Shown here one piece after another: positions 1-14,111 of a stretch of DNA of 64,000 nucleotides. The notes under the pieces are model-generated. The model worked only from the letters and a program-made list of their open reading frames with translations. It was not told the origin of the DNA and made no database searches. The stretch's first letter is position 1, and each line of letters starts with the position of its first letter. A program made the position numbers and the translations under genes. Source of the DNA: Geosiphon pyriformis uo1 (lineage: Eukaryota; Fungi; Glomeromycota). Where the stretch lies: assembly GCA_016748015.1 (NCBI GenBank), contig JAAOMT010000040.1, forward strand, positions 496,001 through 560,000, in the 5' to 3' direction.

Positions 1-861
1 GTATTATGTTTAATGATTTCGTCTGGTACTGTCAGCGTCTGAACATATCCTCATTAGTGATATTAGGAGCTGAACCTAAGCAACCTCGTAAGAACATGCC
101 GAGACGGACGATGGCTCTAAAAAACTTTCATTCGTGCCAAAAAAGGCGTTTTTATTGAAACCTCATAGGCTTCAGCCATTTCTTTTCCATGAAATTCTGC
201 TTCAACACAACACGACGCCTTATGTTCTATCCACTACATTAAAGACAAATTTCACTAATCCCGTCCAACGCTTCAAGAGCTGCTTCTGAGGAGATTGAGA
301 TATACCTTGACCAACAACGTGGGATTGAGAGCGTCGTCGCTTGTTCCATGCTTGTCTTATAGCACTCTCTTCTTTATTTAGCTGCTCGCCGCACTTGCAT
401 TTGCAGATAAGACAGTGTTGATGGCAAGAAATCTTGGAAAAGTTCGTGCTCGTCGGAGCTGTCATCGTCTAAGAGAACCACGAGTTTTGCAAGGTGCAGG
501 GTGCAATGGAGGAGGTTGAAGACAGAGTGGCAGAGACGATCGCGATGGGCAACCACAACTTTTGAGAATTGCCCGTTCCAAATAGGACCTTAAATCCTGG
601 TCGTTTGAATTTGATACCTGACCCAACATCGATGAGGTTGGAAATCGGGAAAAAGGAGCCGCTTTTGTCGACCGAGATCCTCTTTTTACTTAACGGGCGC
701 AGAGGTAACCTTTCATGGTAGTGGTGTTATATTATTGGCTGTCATTGTCTTTTCCTTATTTAGAAACAGTATGGGACAAACAAGTATAAACATGCCAAGA
801 GGACGCTTGCGGTTTCAAGAAGAAACGAGCGCAGCAAAATCGACGCTTGTTACTTAAATAG

Positions 862-3800
862 ATGGAAGGACATGCCGCAAGTATTAAGCGCAGGATAGGC
901 TCGAGTTCAAGGCGTAACTCGAAAGTATTATCTGGTGGAGGCTCTTCCACTGTCACCGATGAATCTGTATATGCCTATGCTTTGCGTGTAGCATACCTAG
1001 CCTACTTGTCTCGACCCAAAGTCCCACCTTTGACAACAGCCACACACGATGTTCATAATAAACGTTTCAGTATGATTGGAGGTGGTGTGGGTGGCAGCAA
1101 CCCAAACAGACCTAACTCAGTATCTGACCACCTAGATAACTTAAGTTCTACTGTTTCGTCCGGGCTATCCCAGTTCCACGAACTTTTCAAGGATGATAAA
1201 AAAGGGTCCAAAAGTTTAAGAATTCCAAAAGAATTAATTAAAGCATTACAAACACGACTTGGAATGATCACTAGTGGACAAGATCCAAATCCAGTTTTCC
1301 AAGATAAATATTTGCTTAGAAATCTTGAATTATTTTATAACTTGTTACAACAATCAGCTTTTCGACAACAGTTCAAGAATGTAAATAGTAAGATAGAAGA
1401 TCTGGTGATTATCTATGTGAAAACGGCTCTGGGTGAATTAAAAAACGTCAAGTTCCCGCCACCGACTACATTGCATGACAAGCTTGACCAACATAGCAGT
1501 ATTTTCGTAGGTATCCTCAAAGAATGTTTAACATCCAAAGAGTGCGCTGGAGTCGCTTCACCAGAGATGATATCACGACTCGATTCCTATCAAGCACGGT
1601 TTTCTGGTAATAAGGGATCTTCGAATAACAGCACAAGTGCTAATGGGAGCGTCGATGAGATGAATATGGTCAAGACGGTGCAAGCTATATTTAAAGTTTC
1701 CAAAACGCAATTGCAAAAGGACATCACTGCAATTAAAAAACAATGTACAGAAGAAGTGGGTATCTTAATTTCTTTGGAATAATCATCAATATTTTTTACA
1801 TAATTTAATCTCAAACTTAAATGTTTACCTCTGAACAAGGCCGCAATTGAGGATCTAAGAACTTGCATTAATCATGTGAATCGCGGCTCACCATTTCCTG
1901 CACCTAGGGAAGATTTTGAATCGGAAGAAGCGTATAATAATTGGAAAGCGATAGAGTTGAAGACGCTTACTGATATTTTGACAACTATGGTTCGATTGAA
2001 ATCTTTCGCTCTAAAACAAAACAACGAAGTTATATCAACTATTTTGTCAAAAGAGCGTTCAGCAGCTCCGGACAATACGCGTAGAGCTACATTTACCGTC
2101 ACGAATACTGAAGTTGTTAATGATACTTTTCGGCAGTACGAAACTCAAAGGCATCAGGGACAACGTCATTCAGTATCGCCGACCTTTACTCCACAACAAC
2201 TTCAAACTGGTCAACAAGAACGTCAATTACCCCAACCAGATCTGTACAATGGGAGTTCATTACCTCAAGGACATTCATCAAATGTACCCTTAGAACATCA
2301 TAATTCACCATCACAAGGAGAACAACATTGGCAACAACAGACATATCCACAAGCCCAGCAATCAACATACGGGGCTGTGCCTCCTACCAATTACCCTCCA
2401 CCTCCTGGACCATTCCAACCTGATCAATATCCACCATCATCTTTACCTGGCAATTATTCTGTTCCTCCTATCAGTTATCCACCCCCATTTCCATATACAG
2501 GCGTACCTTATCCACCTTCACAACAACAGGCATCACCTGCTCAATATCCTCCTTACCAACCACCATTACCATATCAACAGCGGCAGCAACAACCAATACA
2601 AACTGGTTTTTGTCCTCCATCACCAAACTTAAATCAATCTCCATTGCCACCTACTTCGAACCCACTATATTCCCCATTGCCATCTAATGCATATTCATCA
2701 CCACATATAACCCCATCTTCAGCCCAATCTGGGTATCCTTGGTCTGGGTCATCTTCTCCTGTTCCAAGCTCACCACAAATCCAGCAAATTCCAGCCTCAG
2801 TGCCATACTCCTCAGAAAATTACCCCTCTCCAGTTCAAAATTCACCTCGGCAGCTACCAGCTCAACCGAATCAATCAGTTCAATATCCTTTGCCTTCATC
2901 GCAATATCCTCCTGTGAAATCGCCCAATCAACATACATCCGGACAGCATCCACCTTTTCAAAATTCGCCTATTTCGAGAGGTATAAGCAATGAAGGACTG
3001 AGACCAATTTCGGTTCAACTACCATCACCTGTCATTGAAAATTCTTCTTTGCCACCGAAATCACCACCGATTTCAGATATTTCTTCAGAGCGATCATCAG
3101 AGGTTAATATTTTTTAAAAATGGTATCATCTGAATATTCTATTTTTTCGGGTTTCTCACTAATTGACCTGTAATCTTTAGGGTACTTATGGTGCTTTCAC
3201 TTATATTCCTCCTAATCCCAAAATCTATTATAAAGTTCTTCTGAACAGATGTTTAGACTATGAACTGAGTATTCGTTCGCCAGAGGATATCTCTGTAAAG
3301 CTTTTGTCAAAAAATACAAACGACTTATTAAATGATTGTGTTCTGCGATGGAGAGTTCCTTCGGGTTATCGAGCATTGCTTTATCTCGATGCTGTTCGCG
3401 TGAAATATGATGACCATCATGAACTAGTAAATTTGGATCATATTAGGGAGGGCATACATATTTTGAAAGATTCCATCAAGAAACGAGACGTTTCAAATTG
3501 GACAATCAGCGACGTACGTCATTTTTATTTTAATTTCCGTTTTTGTTAGTGGTTATGTTTCTTAAGTCAATCCATTGATTACTTATATTAAAGCGAAAAG
3601 AGCTTGTGTCTGTATATTGGGATATCCACGGGTCATTGTTGAGATTTCTTTGGGAGGCTCTACAACATCTTTATAAGATCAAGACCTCGACTTTTGAGCC
3701 AGCATTCTTCTTACTGAATGAAATCTATGAAAGTGAATTGTTTCGTCAGGCCTTTCCAGACATTTCAGCCAGTTATGAAACCATACGAGAGGGTGTTGGG

Positions 3801-6602
3801 GTATTTATCAACTTATTTCACAGTTTTTAAATCTTCGATTATTATGAACGATCAACATTGAGTTATCAATATAAATCATTTTCAGAAAGTCGCCGTCACT
3901 GAATTTCAGAAGAGACGAGAAGAAGTGTTTGCTCAACAAGAAGAAAATGAGCTTATTCCTCTTATAGATTTATCACAATGGATTCAAACACAGATAGAGA
4001 AATTGAGTAAAAAATACCCAATGCCCTTGATGGGGTTAGTTATTTTTTCTCTTTTAATGATGGATGGTGAAAATAAAGACATATTTATTTTTAACTTCTA
4101 TTTCCTCCTGAAGGCAGGTCAATATTCTTAGCTTGGTCATTGAAAAACAGGTTCCACTCTTCACCCTAGACATGGAAAATTTGGCGGCCGATATTCTGAA
4201 TCGTGTCAAAGCTGGAGATGAGGAAGGAATTCCTGTTGAACTTATATTTGATCTTTATAGGGAAGTTCTGAACATAAAGTTGCTGTACGAAAGTCATTGT
4301 ATTGGGTGAGTTTAATAATGATTGGTTATTAAAAGTAAATAAATCAAATCATTAATTTTTGATCTTATAAAATTTAGAGCAAAATTCAATTTCAGCATTG
4401 ATGGGTGGTTCGCACCTCATGTGCGGAAATGGCTTGAAATGACAGATGCCAAAACGCCCGAGTGGGTTCACTCTGCTATAAGTGTGGATGAGGTAAGAAA
4501 TTTATCATATTTTCATTACTGTATAATAGTGATTAAGAATATATCGATTTTCAAGACTTCTCTATTCCACCTGCAATAGTTCAAACCGGTGAGCACAACT
4601 GATAAACATTCTTCTTCAGTCGTGGACCTTTTCACCTCTTTCAACCAGACAGTTGAGTATTTGAAGAAACTCCAGTGGCCAAATGAGTATCAGTACGCTC
4701 GATTTATGACAAGCTTATCGAGGGTATGTTTTGTGACTTTTGGTTTAATAAAATAAATTTTTTGAATGATTTGCAATAGGTTTTACTGTTATTATATTAT
4801 AGACGATAAGTAAAGCGCTAGAACAATATTGTAATAAAATGGAAGAATTATTCTGTATTGATATGTCTCCGCTAGAAGAAACTGTTCAGGAGACCACAAA
4901 ACAATCTGCGTGGTATGTGCGTGCAAAAACAGCTATAGCCAGTGACGAAAAAATAATTCCTTTTGATTTTAAGCCAGAGGTAGGCTCAAGTTTTTCTTCC
5001 CATTTTCCTATACCTATTTATATTCATCATCATCGTTTTGTTTGGGCTTAATAGTTATGCATCAAATTGAATAATATTGAAGCTGGCCGCGAGCAGCTCG
5101 ATAAACTTTACAACTCGATGGATGTAGATTATTTATCAGAAGTCATTCGTGATGCCGGCCCGGCAGTTCCTGAAAAAATTGAAAAGACCAGATATCTCTT
5201 CACCATTAAAATTGTACTCGCCGAAAATTTAGCTGCTCTCGATGCAAACGGATACAGTGATCCTTATTGTGTTCTAACTGATGAAAAGGGGAAACGCTTG
5301 GCTGAAACACGTGTCATTTACGAAACTTTGAACCCTCGATGGGATGAAGCCTTTGATATCACAATCGAGACCAGCGAACAAATGCGTTGGGTTGCAGCTA
5401 CAGTGTGGGACAGGGATCAACTTGGTGCCGATGATGTATGTGGACGAGCTTATTTCCGGCTTGATCCTCAGTTTTTCGGAGATTACTTGGCACACGATAT
5501 ATGGCTTGATCTAGAAAAACAGGGTCGTTTGTTGTTACATATTAGCATGGAGGGTGAAAAGGACGATATTCAATTTTATTTCGGAAAAGCTTTTCGAACT
5601 TTGAAACGTACAGAAAGTGACATGGCTCGCTCTATAGTTGATAGGGTAGGCAAAACGTATAGACATCCTTATTTTGTTTATATTACCTTAACAACTCATT
5701 AAATTTTTTACTTAGATCTCTCCATTTTTACGGCAATGTCTATCGCGAGGTGTTCTTCACAAATTATTAAAACCATCAAGCGGTATTGGTGGGTTCTTTA
5801 GCGACAAGAAAAAAGAACCTTTAACCCTAGAAGAAATCGAGACTGCTATTCATCCTCTATTTGATTACTTTGACACCAATCTTAGCACACTAAATCAAAA
5901 TTTAAGTGAGGTCGTGGTAACTATGGTAATGATCAAAGTATGGAAGGAAATAGAATTGGTAATGGAAGAACTCTTAATTCCACCATTGTCGGATCGACCT
6001 TCAGACATGAAGGCTCTGAATGAATTTGAAGTTGACACAGTCTACAAATGGCTCAAAGTATGCATCTGTGTATATTTTCCTGTTTTTTTATGCTTTTTTG
6101 ATCTACCGATTTATTTTAATTTATTTTAATTCTCATTTCTTAGTTTTTAAAAGATTATCTACATGGCCAAGAAGGGGATGAAGCAATCCCTATAAGTTTG
6201 CTTGAAAATTCTAAATATCACGAACTGATGGCAACTCGATATTTCTATGACTGGGACACCGAAAAATTAATGCAAGAGTATTTAAGCTTGCAGAAAGAAA
6301 GTTCATTAACGCCTGTGAAAAAACCTGCCAACAAATCAGTAATGAATCAAAGAAGTCGGGCCACCATTAAGAAACACCAAAGTGAGAAAAACGAGCACCC
6401 AACAGCCCAAAATAATAGTGAAGTCATTTTACGAATTTTACGTATGCGATCAGGGACCAAATTTTTCCTCAAACAACAATCTGAGGAACGGGTCAAAAGA
6501 CTCCAAAAAAAATTGCAACCCAATTCTCCAAGCTCGCCGAATGTTGATGAGGTTAGCGAAGAAAATGGAAATCAAAATACTACAACCATTCCCGCTAGTT
6601 AG
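862..6602 (+). CDS. Munc13/UNC-13-family fungal protein (MHD1-C2-MHD2), 12 exons, ~1619 aa. Exons: 862-1755, 1840-3102, 3181-3513, 3594-3794, 3886-4034, 4114-4305, 4378-4492, 4580-4723, 4803-4979, 5055-5645, 5716-6057, 6144-6602
   Basis: GT..AG introns of 70-91 bp join the ORF-track pieces into one frame (4860 nt including stop). Motifs: YAYALRVAYLAYL, FTYIPPNP, FAPHVRKWL...EWVHSAISVDE, KHSSSVVDLF, LCIKLNNIE (MHD1), C2 domain (DANGYSDPY...WDRDQLGADD with the Ca-binding Asp residues), LFDYFDTNL...VWKEI (MHD2). The exon 4 donor is uncertain by a few nt. Confidence 0.88.
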
Positions 6603-7199
6603 AATCGTCGGGAGTAAAAGTCATTAAGGCTAATTTCTAGCATTTATGAAATCCTTTCTTTTTCCTAAAACCAAACTTCATACTTGTTATTTTGGTGAAT
6701 GCAAACATATCATGTTTAACATGGCTCTTTCTGACTTGTATTTTGGAAATTTAGCATTATCTATTATTTGTGTTTATGTGTATATAATTTATTGAATCAA
6801 ATTATTTATATAAATTTGTTGAGATTAAATAAATTTTTAAAAAATGATAAAGCATTATTAATCCACATGATAAGTGAGAAATTTGTTTTTATTTGCTTAA
6901 TAATTAAATATAATGATAAATTTAACAATAATAAAAATTTACTAAAATGTAAATAATTTAAGCAAAAGTTGTTAAAATGCTTAATTAAAAATATTAATAA
7001 AAGTTTTTTTTCAAAAAATGTATTTTAATTAATACAATTTATTAAATTAAATATTTATTGTTACAAATTTAATTAATAATAAATCTAAAACTGATATTTA
7101 ATTATAAAAAAAAACTAAATCTGGTTTTAAATTTTAAACCAATTATACAACTTTATTTTTATTATTACATAAATAATATTAGCCAAATTAAATTTATAA

Positions 7200-10100
7200 A
7201 CATTTTTTCATAAATATTTACTTAAATATTAGCTATTTGCAATTACTTTAAAACAATTCAATTACAGTTACTAATAAAATTTAAAAAAATAACAAATAAC
7301 TAAAAAAGCCTATTAGATTTTGTGAGCAGAAAACAAGCACAACAAACTGCCACTAATACTTTCTTAAAATAACAAAAAAAAGAAAAAAAAAAAGACAAAT
7401 CTTAAAATACCCCTATTACTAAAAAAACAACCAACAGTTGGTATCAATTTTACTCAATTTCAGAATCAAGAAAACAACTATTCTATATTTTACTTAAATA
7501 TAAAAACTGCAAAAAAAAGTTTTTATTCATGAAAGCTTAGATTTTACATAAAAAAAACTATAAAATACATATCTGCTACTATTATAAAGTATGTTAACAA
7601 GAATGTTTTGGCTACTTAAAATGATAGAACAAGTGAAACAACAAATTATGTCTTACTTGTAGAGAAACACTACTCAATAAAAAAATGTGAAATAACACTT
7701 TAAGTCAAGAAAAAATATACAATACATTATATTAATATACAATTCTTATAAACAACTAGATAAGCAGAAGAATGTCTTTCAATACTGCATAAAACTAAGT
7801 ACTCTCATGTTTAAACAGTTATTCACATAACAAAAATAAGATTTGAAAAATAACAAGTGTTAAAGTTAAAAGTTTTTTATCTAGTAAAATAATAGTAATT
7901 AAAAACAATCCATTAAAATCTATTAAAACTCTTCTTATTTTAAATTCAAACATTTTTATCAACATCCTAAGCAATTCAGAACAATTTCATGAATACTATT
8001 AAGATTTAACACCTACTTAAAAAGAGCAAAAGCAATGTTTAAAACAATTAAATACTTAATTCTATAAATATTGCCTAATTTCCAGTGATTTTAAATATTG
8101 TGATAATTATAATCTTATTTATAATTTATTACTATGTATAATTTATTTAATCTTAAAAAAAAAGAACTAATTAGCAGTTGTACTTTAGAATTAAAATCAA
8201 AATGTAATTTTAATTTAGACTTTAATAATAATAACAACAATAATTTCAACTCTATTTACAATAGCAATAATAATAATAACAATTCAAACTCTAATAAAAA
8301 CTCTAAACAATATATTGCATTTCTAAATCTTTCAAAGAAACAGGAACTTAAATGGTTCAGCAATAATAAAAAAAGTATTATGTTAAAATATATGCATAAT
8401 ACTATTATGAGTTGGAGTAACAAGCTAATGGATAGCAAAAAAGAACAGGATTGTAGGATAATAGAAATAATCAAAAGGAATTCAACTTCAAAGAGCAAAT
8501 TGAATAAGTAGGAATTCAATGTGTAAGATCAGTCTCATAAAATATCTTAGTCACTATACTTTTTAAAGATAACTGGGAAATCTGAAGGTAGAGGAATAGT
8601 CTGTACTGTCAACAAATGATCATGTCTGGTATAATTCTATGTTTCATGTCGGCACTCTTAGAATTCAATATCAGGTATTAAATGTACTCTTCAGTTACAT
8701 TTTATTCAATAGTTTTTAAATGCTGCAATTACACGTTTCAGGAAAAAGATAAGTAAATGTCAACAAGTAGTCTTTTATCTTTAAGATGTTCAGATACTTG
8801 AAGGTAGGAAAAGAGAAATTAGTGATAAGAGAAGAATTGAGATGAAGTTGTTATTTTATTTCTTTATTTTTTTTGATTCTTACATGCTTTTCTATAATTA
8901 AGAGATTCATTGCTTATATAGCTATCAAAAGTGGTCAATAATCAGGTCAATGATCACTTACTAAAAATAGAGTGGCTAATTTATATGACATCAATGGCTA
9001 ATACATATGATAATTAATAAGAAGTATAAGCTTCAATCATAATAATACTAATACAAAGTTTAATTTTAAATATTTAAAAAAAACTATTATTAGATTAAAA
9101 TTTTATTTGCATATTAGTATAAATTTGAAAATAGTACTAAAAATTCGAACAACAATAATAATTCAATTAACATCTAAATTTAGTTTAACAAAAAAAGAAA
9201 TCAATATTAAAGAAGAAATAATTAATACAAGATATGTAAGAAATATTATTGTAATACTATAAAATGAATTAAAAAACATATATTATTGAGCCAAATAAAA
9301 AAATAACACAAACAATATTTTTATCTTTAATAAAAATAACCTAGTTAGTATTAATAAAAACAAGAGAAAAATTAAGGATTACAGCAAGAGGAATAAATGG
9401 ATTTGAATTCACAGATAGAATAGAGATACCAATTAATATAGTGAAAAAAAAACAATTAATTAGGGAGAAATTATCTTTATTCTATTATATAATCAGCACA
9501 TATTAGCTATAGAAAAATAAATAAAAAATCAACTCCAAATTTTTAAAATAGATCTGATCATTTGTGAATCAAAAGAGATTGTCATTACTAATCTTTACAT
9601 ATTAGTCAAGAATCATAAACACATTAAAATTATAATACACAATATAACTAAAAACTTAATAGAAATATTAAATAGAATTATCATTGAATATATAAGCACT
9701 AAAATTAAGAATTAAATACCAATCATTATTCCAGATTTTTCACAACTTTGTAGATATATAAACATTATATTACAAATAATTTACAAATAAAAAAATATTA
9801 TTTGCTATAATTAACATAATTAGAGCAAATAAACTTAAAAAACTTAGACTTATTTTAATGTATGCAACTCAAGCTACTATTTAGTAATTTTATTGACATC
9901 TTTGTGAGTGAAAATAAATTTGGCAAAACTAATATTATCTAATACTAGATCAAAACTAAAGATGCAATACCAATTAAGCAGAGAATATACTAAGTATTAC
10001 TTACTAGTTATAAGTTTTATTTATCAAGAAATCAACTAAATATTAGACAATAGATTAATTCAATTATTAATAAGTTTATGATTATTATTAGTAGTACTTA

Positions 10101-13100
10101 TTCAGAAAAAAAATAGAAAGATCTGTTTTTGTGTAAATTACAAAAAACTTAACAATATTACTTATGGAAACAGCTATTTAATTTCATAAATTCAAAAACT
10201 ATTCAATGCTTTTAAAAAAAAGAAATAGTTTTTAATATTAGACTTGAATAGTAATTACAGACAAGTAGTCATAAATTTAGTTAACAAAAAAAAACAGCAT
10301 TTATTATCAAAAAAAAAAACTTTGAATTTTATGTTATGTTTTTTAGCTTAACCAATGCTCCAGCCATCTTCTAATGATTAATGAAAATTGTTTACACTAG
10401 ACTATTATAAAAATCAGTAGTAGTCTACTTAAATAATATCAATATGTTTTCTAAAACATTTAATAACTATCTTTATTATCTCCAATAAGTGTTTGAAAAA
10501 TTGAAAAAAACAGAATTAAAATTGAATGCTACCAAATGTTTTTTTGAGAAAATAAAACTCAAGTTTTTGGGACATGTTATAAGTAGAGACAACATTAAAA
10601 CAGATCCAGATAAAATCAAAATAGTTAAGAATTTTTTAATACTAATAAACTTAACAAAATTAAAAATATTCTTGAAATTTACTAAATATTATTGTCACTT
10701 TATCCAAAACTTTTCTAAACTGGCCTAACTATTTTATTAACTCTAAATAAAAAACACCAAATATAAATGAACAAAAAACCAACAAGAAGCTTTTAACATA
10801 TTAAGAAAAAAGCTTATTTAAGCTTTAATGTTAATTTATTTAGATTATAGTAAATTATTTATTATTATTACCAATACATTTAGACAAGTATTAAAAGCAG
10901 TACTATTATAAAAAAAAGCCAATAAACAAGAACATTCAGTGGCATATGCCAGCTAAAATCTGAGTTCAATTGAAAAAAATTATAAAATTTCAGTATTAAA
11001 ATATTTAGCTATTTATTGGGTTATTATAAAATAAAAGAAATACTTGAATCAAAAGTTTAATGTATATACTGATTACAAAAAATTGACATTAATTCAGAAA
11101 CAATTATTATACAAGATAGAAAATAGAACTATTACTATTTAATTATACAGTATATTATAAAAAAAGAAAAAAAAATGGAAATATTAACAGTTTTTTACAA
11201 ATGAAACAAATCTAATAACATTTTAACCCAAAAATATAACAAAAAATAAACACACAAAAATATAAATAACTTTAATATTATATTAATACTTAACAGTTTA
11301 AAAAAATCATCTAAAAAAAAACAAAACTACATAAAACAATCAAAATATTTTATTATTTATCAAAATATACTATATTGAAAAAACAAAAAAAATTCAAATC
11401 AGTTATTTAAAATAATCATAAAATCAGAAAAAGAAACAATACTGTTTAACATATACTTAAATCTAACTGTAAGATACTTTCATAAAAAAACAATCATAGA
11501 AAAAACCAAAAAAAGATATTATTAGCTATTAATGTATTCAAATATTATTTAATATGTTCAAAATTGTGATGCTTATTAAAGAAGAGGAGAAATAAAACTC
11601 AATAATCCACTAAAATCAATTAAAATAAGACAACTATTTGATTGAATTGGAATTAACTTAGTCAGATTACTAATTATAACCAGCAAAAACAACTAATATA
11701 TAGCAATAGCCATAGATTATTTCACAAAATAACTAGAAGCAAAAGCAATTTAAAGAGCAAATACAAAATTCATAGCTGAATTTGTATACTAGAATTTAAT
11801 TTGTTAACATAAATATTTAAAAAATTATTATCAGACCAAAGAACTCATTTTGTAAACAAAACATTAACAGAATTAAGTCAAAAATTTGGAATTAAGAGAT
11901 TATTATTATTACTATATCATCTATAAACAAATGGCTTAGTTGAAAAATTCAACAGAATATTGTGTAAAGCAATAGCTAAAATCAGCCAAAAAAACCAGAA
12001 TAAATAAAATTTGTTCATACTATCAGTATTATTTGTTTATTGAACAATAAAGTAAAATATCATATAAACAACATTATTTGAATTAGTCTATGATAAAACA
12101 GCAACATTAACAATTTAAATAAAAATCAATACTTATTTAACTAAATCAATAACAAAAGCCAACTTTCAAAAAACATTGCTAAAAAAAACATATAACTTAA
12201 TAAAAATTTTAAAAAACAAAAGATAAAGAGCAACTAATAACATATAAAAGTTACAAAAAGAATAACATAATAACCAATTACCAGATAAACCAGTCGAATT
12301 TAAGATTAAAAACAATGTACTTTTATATTATACCAAAGTGAAAAAACAATAGAATAGAAAATTTGATTCCAAATAGAATAGTCTATTTTACATTGAAAAA
12401 ATTCTGGAAAATAGAACATATAAATTAAAATAAAACAACAAAATCTTAATTAAAACAGCACATAGTAATTAACTAAAATTATATTATAATATTATATTAT
12501 TATCTACCAATAATATTTTACAAATAGGAGTACAACAAATACTAGTTCAACCAGATAAAATTTCACAAAATCTGGAACTAATTATAATTATTGACACAAA
12601 TACATCAAATTAATCTATTAGAACAATATATAAAAAATTAATACATATAACAAAAACAACAAAAAAGATAGAAATTATAAACAATATTTACTCTTTAGTT
12701 CAACAATTATTTCAATTCATCAAACATCAAAAACTAAACATAAAAATTATAATTAATCAACAAACCATTTAATACAAAGACATAAAAAAAAAACTAAAAT
12801 ACAAAATACAACATAAGATATATGTAAAATCTACAAATATAGTAGATAAAATAATAACAAAAATAAAAATATTATTAAAAACACCAAAAACAATAGTATC
12901 ATATAAAGAGCTAACAAAAAAAAATTGAAAATAGTAGACACAACAATTTTCTAGAAACTTTTGCTATTACTATTTGAAACAAAAACTCAATATTTAGAAC
13001 TTGTATACAAATAAAACAAAACAGATATTTAATACAGCAATATTATAGTAAATAAAACAATTTGTGAAGAAAAACAATCTATTTACATAGGCATAAACAA

Positions 13101-14111
13101 TATACTAGTTACAAACAGAATTTTATAAACATTCAAAAATACTACTATATCTAATAATAAATACAGTAATTATTAATTAATTAAAAAAAATTACCAATAC
13201 TTAATTCAAAAAATTACAGACCAAAATTGCCCAAGTAATTCTAGAAAAAAAAGTGATAAAATTAATCTAAGAAGAAGATTTAAAAAAGCTAAAAAATTTG
13301 AAAAATTTTGACAAAACTCAATATTAAAAGAAAAAAATAATATTATTCATAAAAATAAGAATTATAATAAATAAAAAAATATTCAATAAAAAAAGTATAG
13401 TAAAAAAAAGAATTCCAGAATATTTCTCAAGAAATTCTAAAATTCCAAAATTTTTTTCAAAAGAATTAAAAAATTTCAAAAAATTTCATATAACATGAAT
13501 TATATATATATAATAAGAGTATTAAAAGCAAAAAAAACAGATTTAGAACAAACAAAACAGTTTGAAACAAGTAATTATCCAATACTCTTCCTTTTAAAAA
13601 ATAATTTTTTATAATTTAAAATAAAATAATATTTATATTAATAAAACATCTATTATTATTTAAATTTATGTTTTTATTGCTTGATTAAAAAATATTAATT
13701 ACTTTTATACTATCAATACTTTATGTTAATAAAATTTGATATTTAACTATATTAAACCAATAGTTCTTGATTATAGCTATTAATAGAATATTAATTTTTT
13801 ATTTTTTTTGTTGTTTACTAATTAATTAAAAAAATTAAAACCTAAGTAATTAATATTATGAATAGTCTGATAAAAAACTTGAAAAACAAGAGTAAAAAAC
13901 TTAAAAATAGCTTATCAAAAAGGCATAACTATTAGAATAAACCAGCTATCACACTAAAAAAAAAATTCACAGAAAAAACTATCAATTACAAAAGACTCAA
14001 CCAAAACTTTTAAACTTCAAAATTTTTAGAAACTATTATTATCAATAACTATTAAGCACTAAGTTATAGGTTTGTTATTTGTTCTAATATTCCAAATAAT
14101 TATTTGTAATA
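7200..14111 (+). mobile_element. Heavily mutated, 5'-truncated Ty3/gypsy family A, copy A1: Cys-rich domain, dUTPase (interrupted), RT, RNase H, integrase, extra 3' ORF, PPT, 3' LTR (13341-14111)
   Basis: Colinear with the reverse complement of 41370-47030. RT remnant KLKFLGHVISRDNIKTDPDKI (10489-10728). Purine tract at ~13326-13340, then an LTR beginning tattattc and ending tgtaata. Left boundary approximate. Confidence 0.85.
8403..9044 (-). mobile_element. Solo LTR, family B (642 bp), inserted in the dUTPase of A1, with 4-bp TSD ATAC
   Basis: Reverse-complement match to 27981-28693. ATAC at 8399-8402 and 9045-9048. Removing the insert restores a mutated H-D-T-N-A-G-F-D-L-R-Y (dUTPase motif 1). 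Strand inferred from the TATA/AATAAA order. Confidence 0.85.

Noticed and set aside
220-556. Short minus-strand ORFs (81 and 60 aa) upstream of the first gene
   Set aside because: No recognisable motif or convincing splice model. The region is CpG-rich and may be promoter/UTR or an unresolved neighbouring gene.
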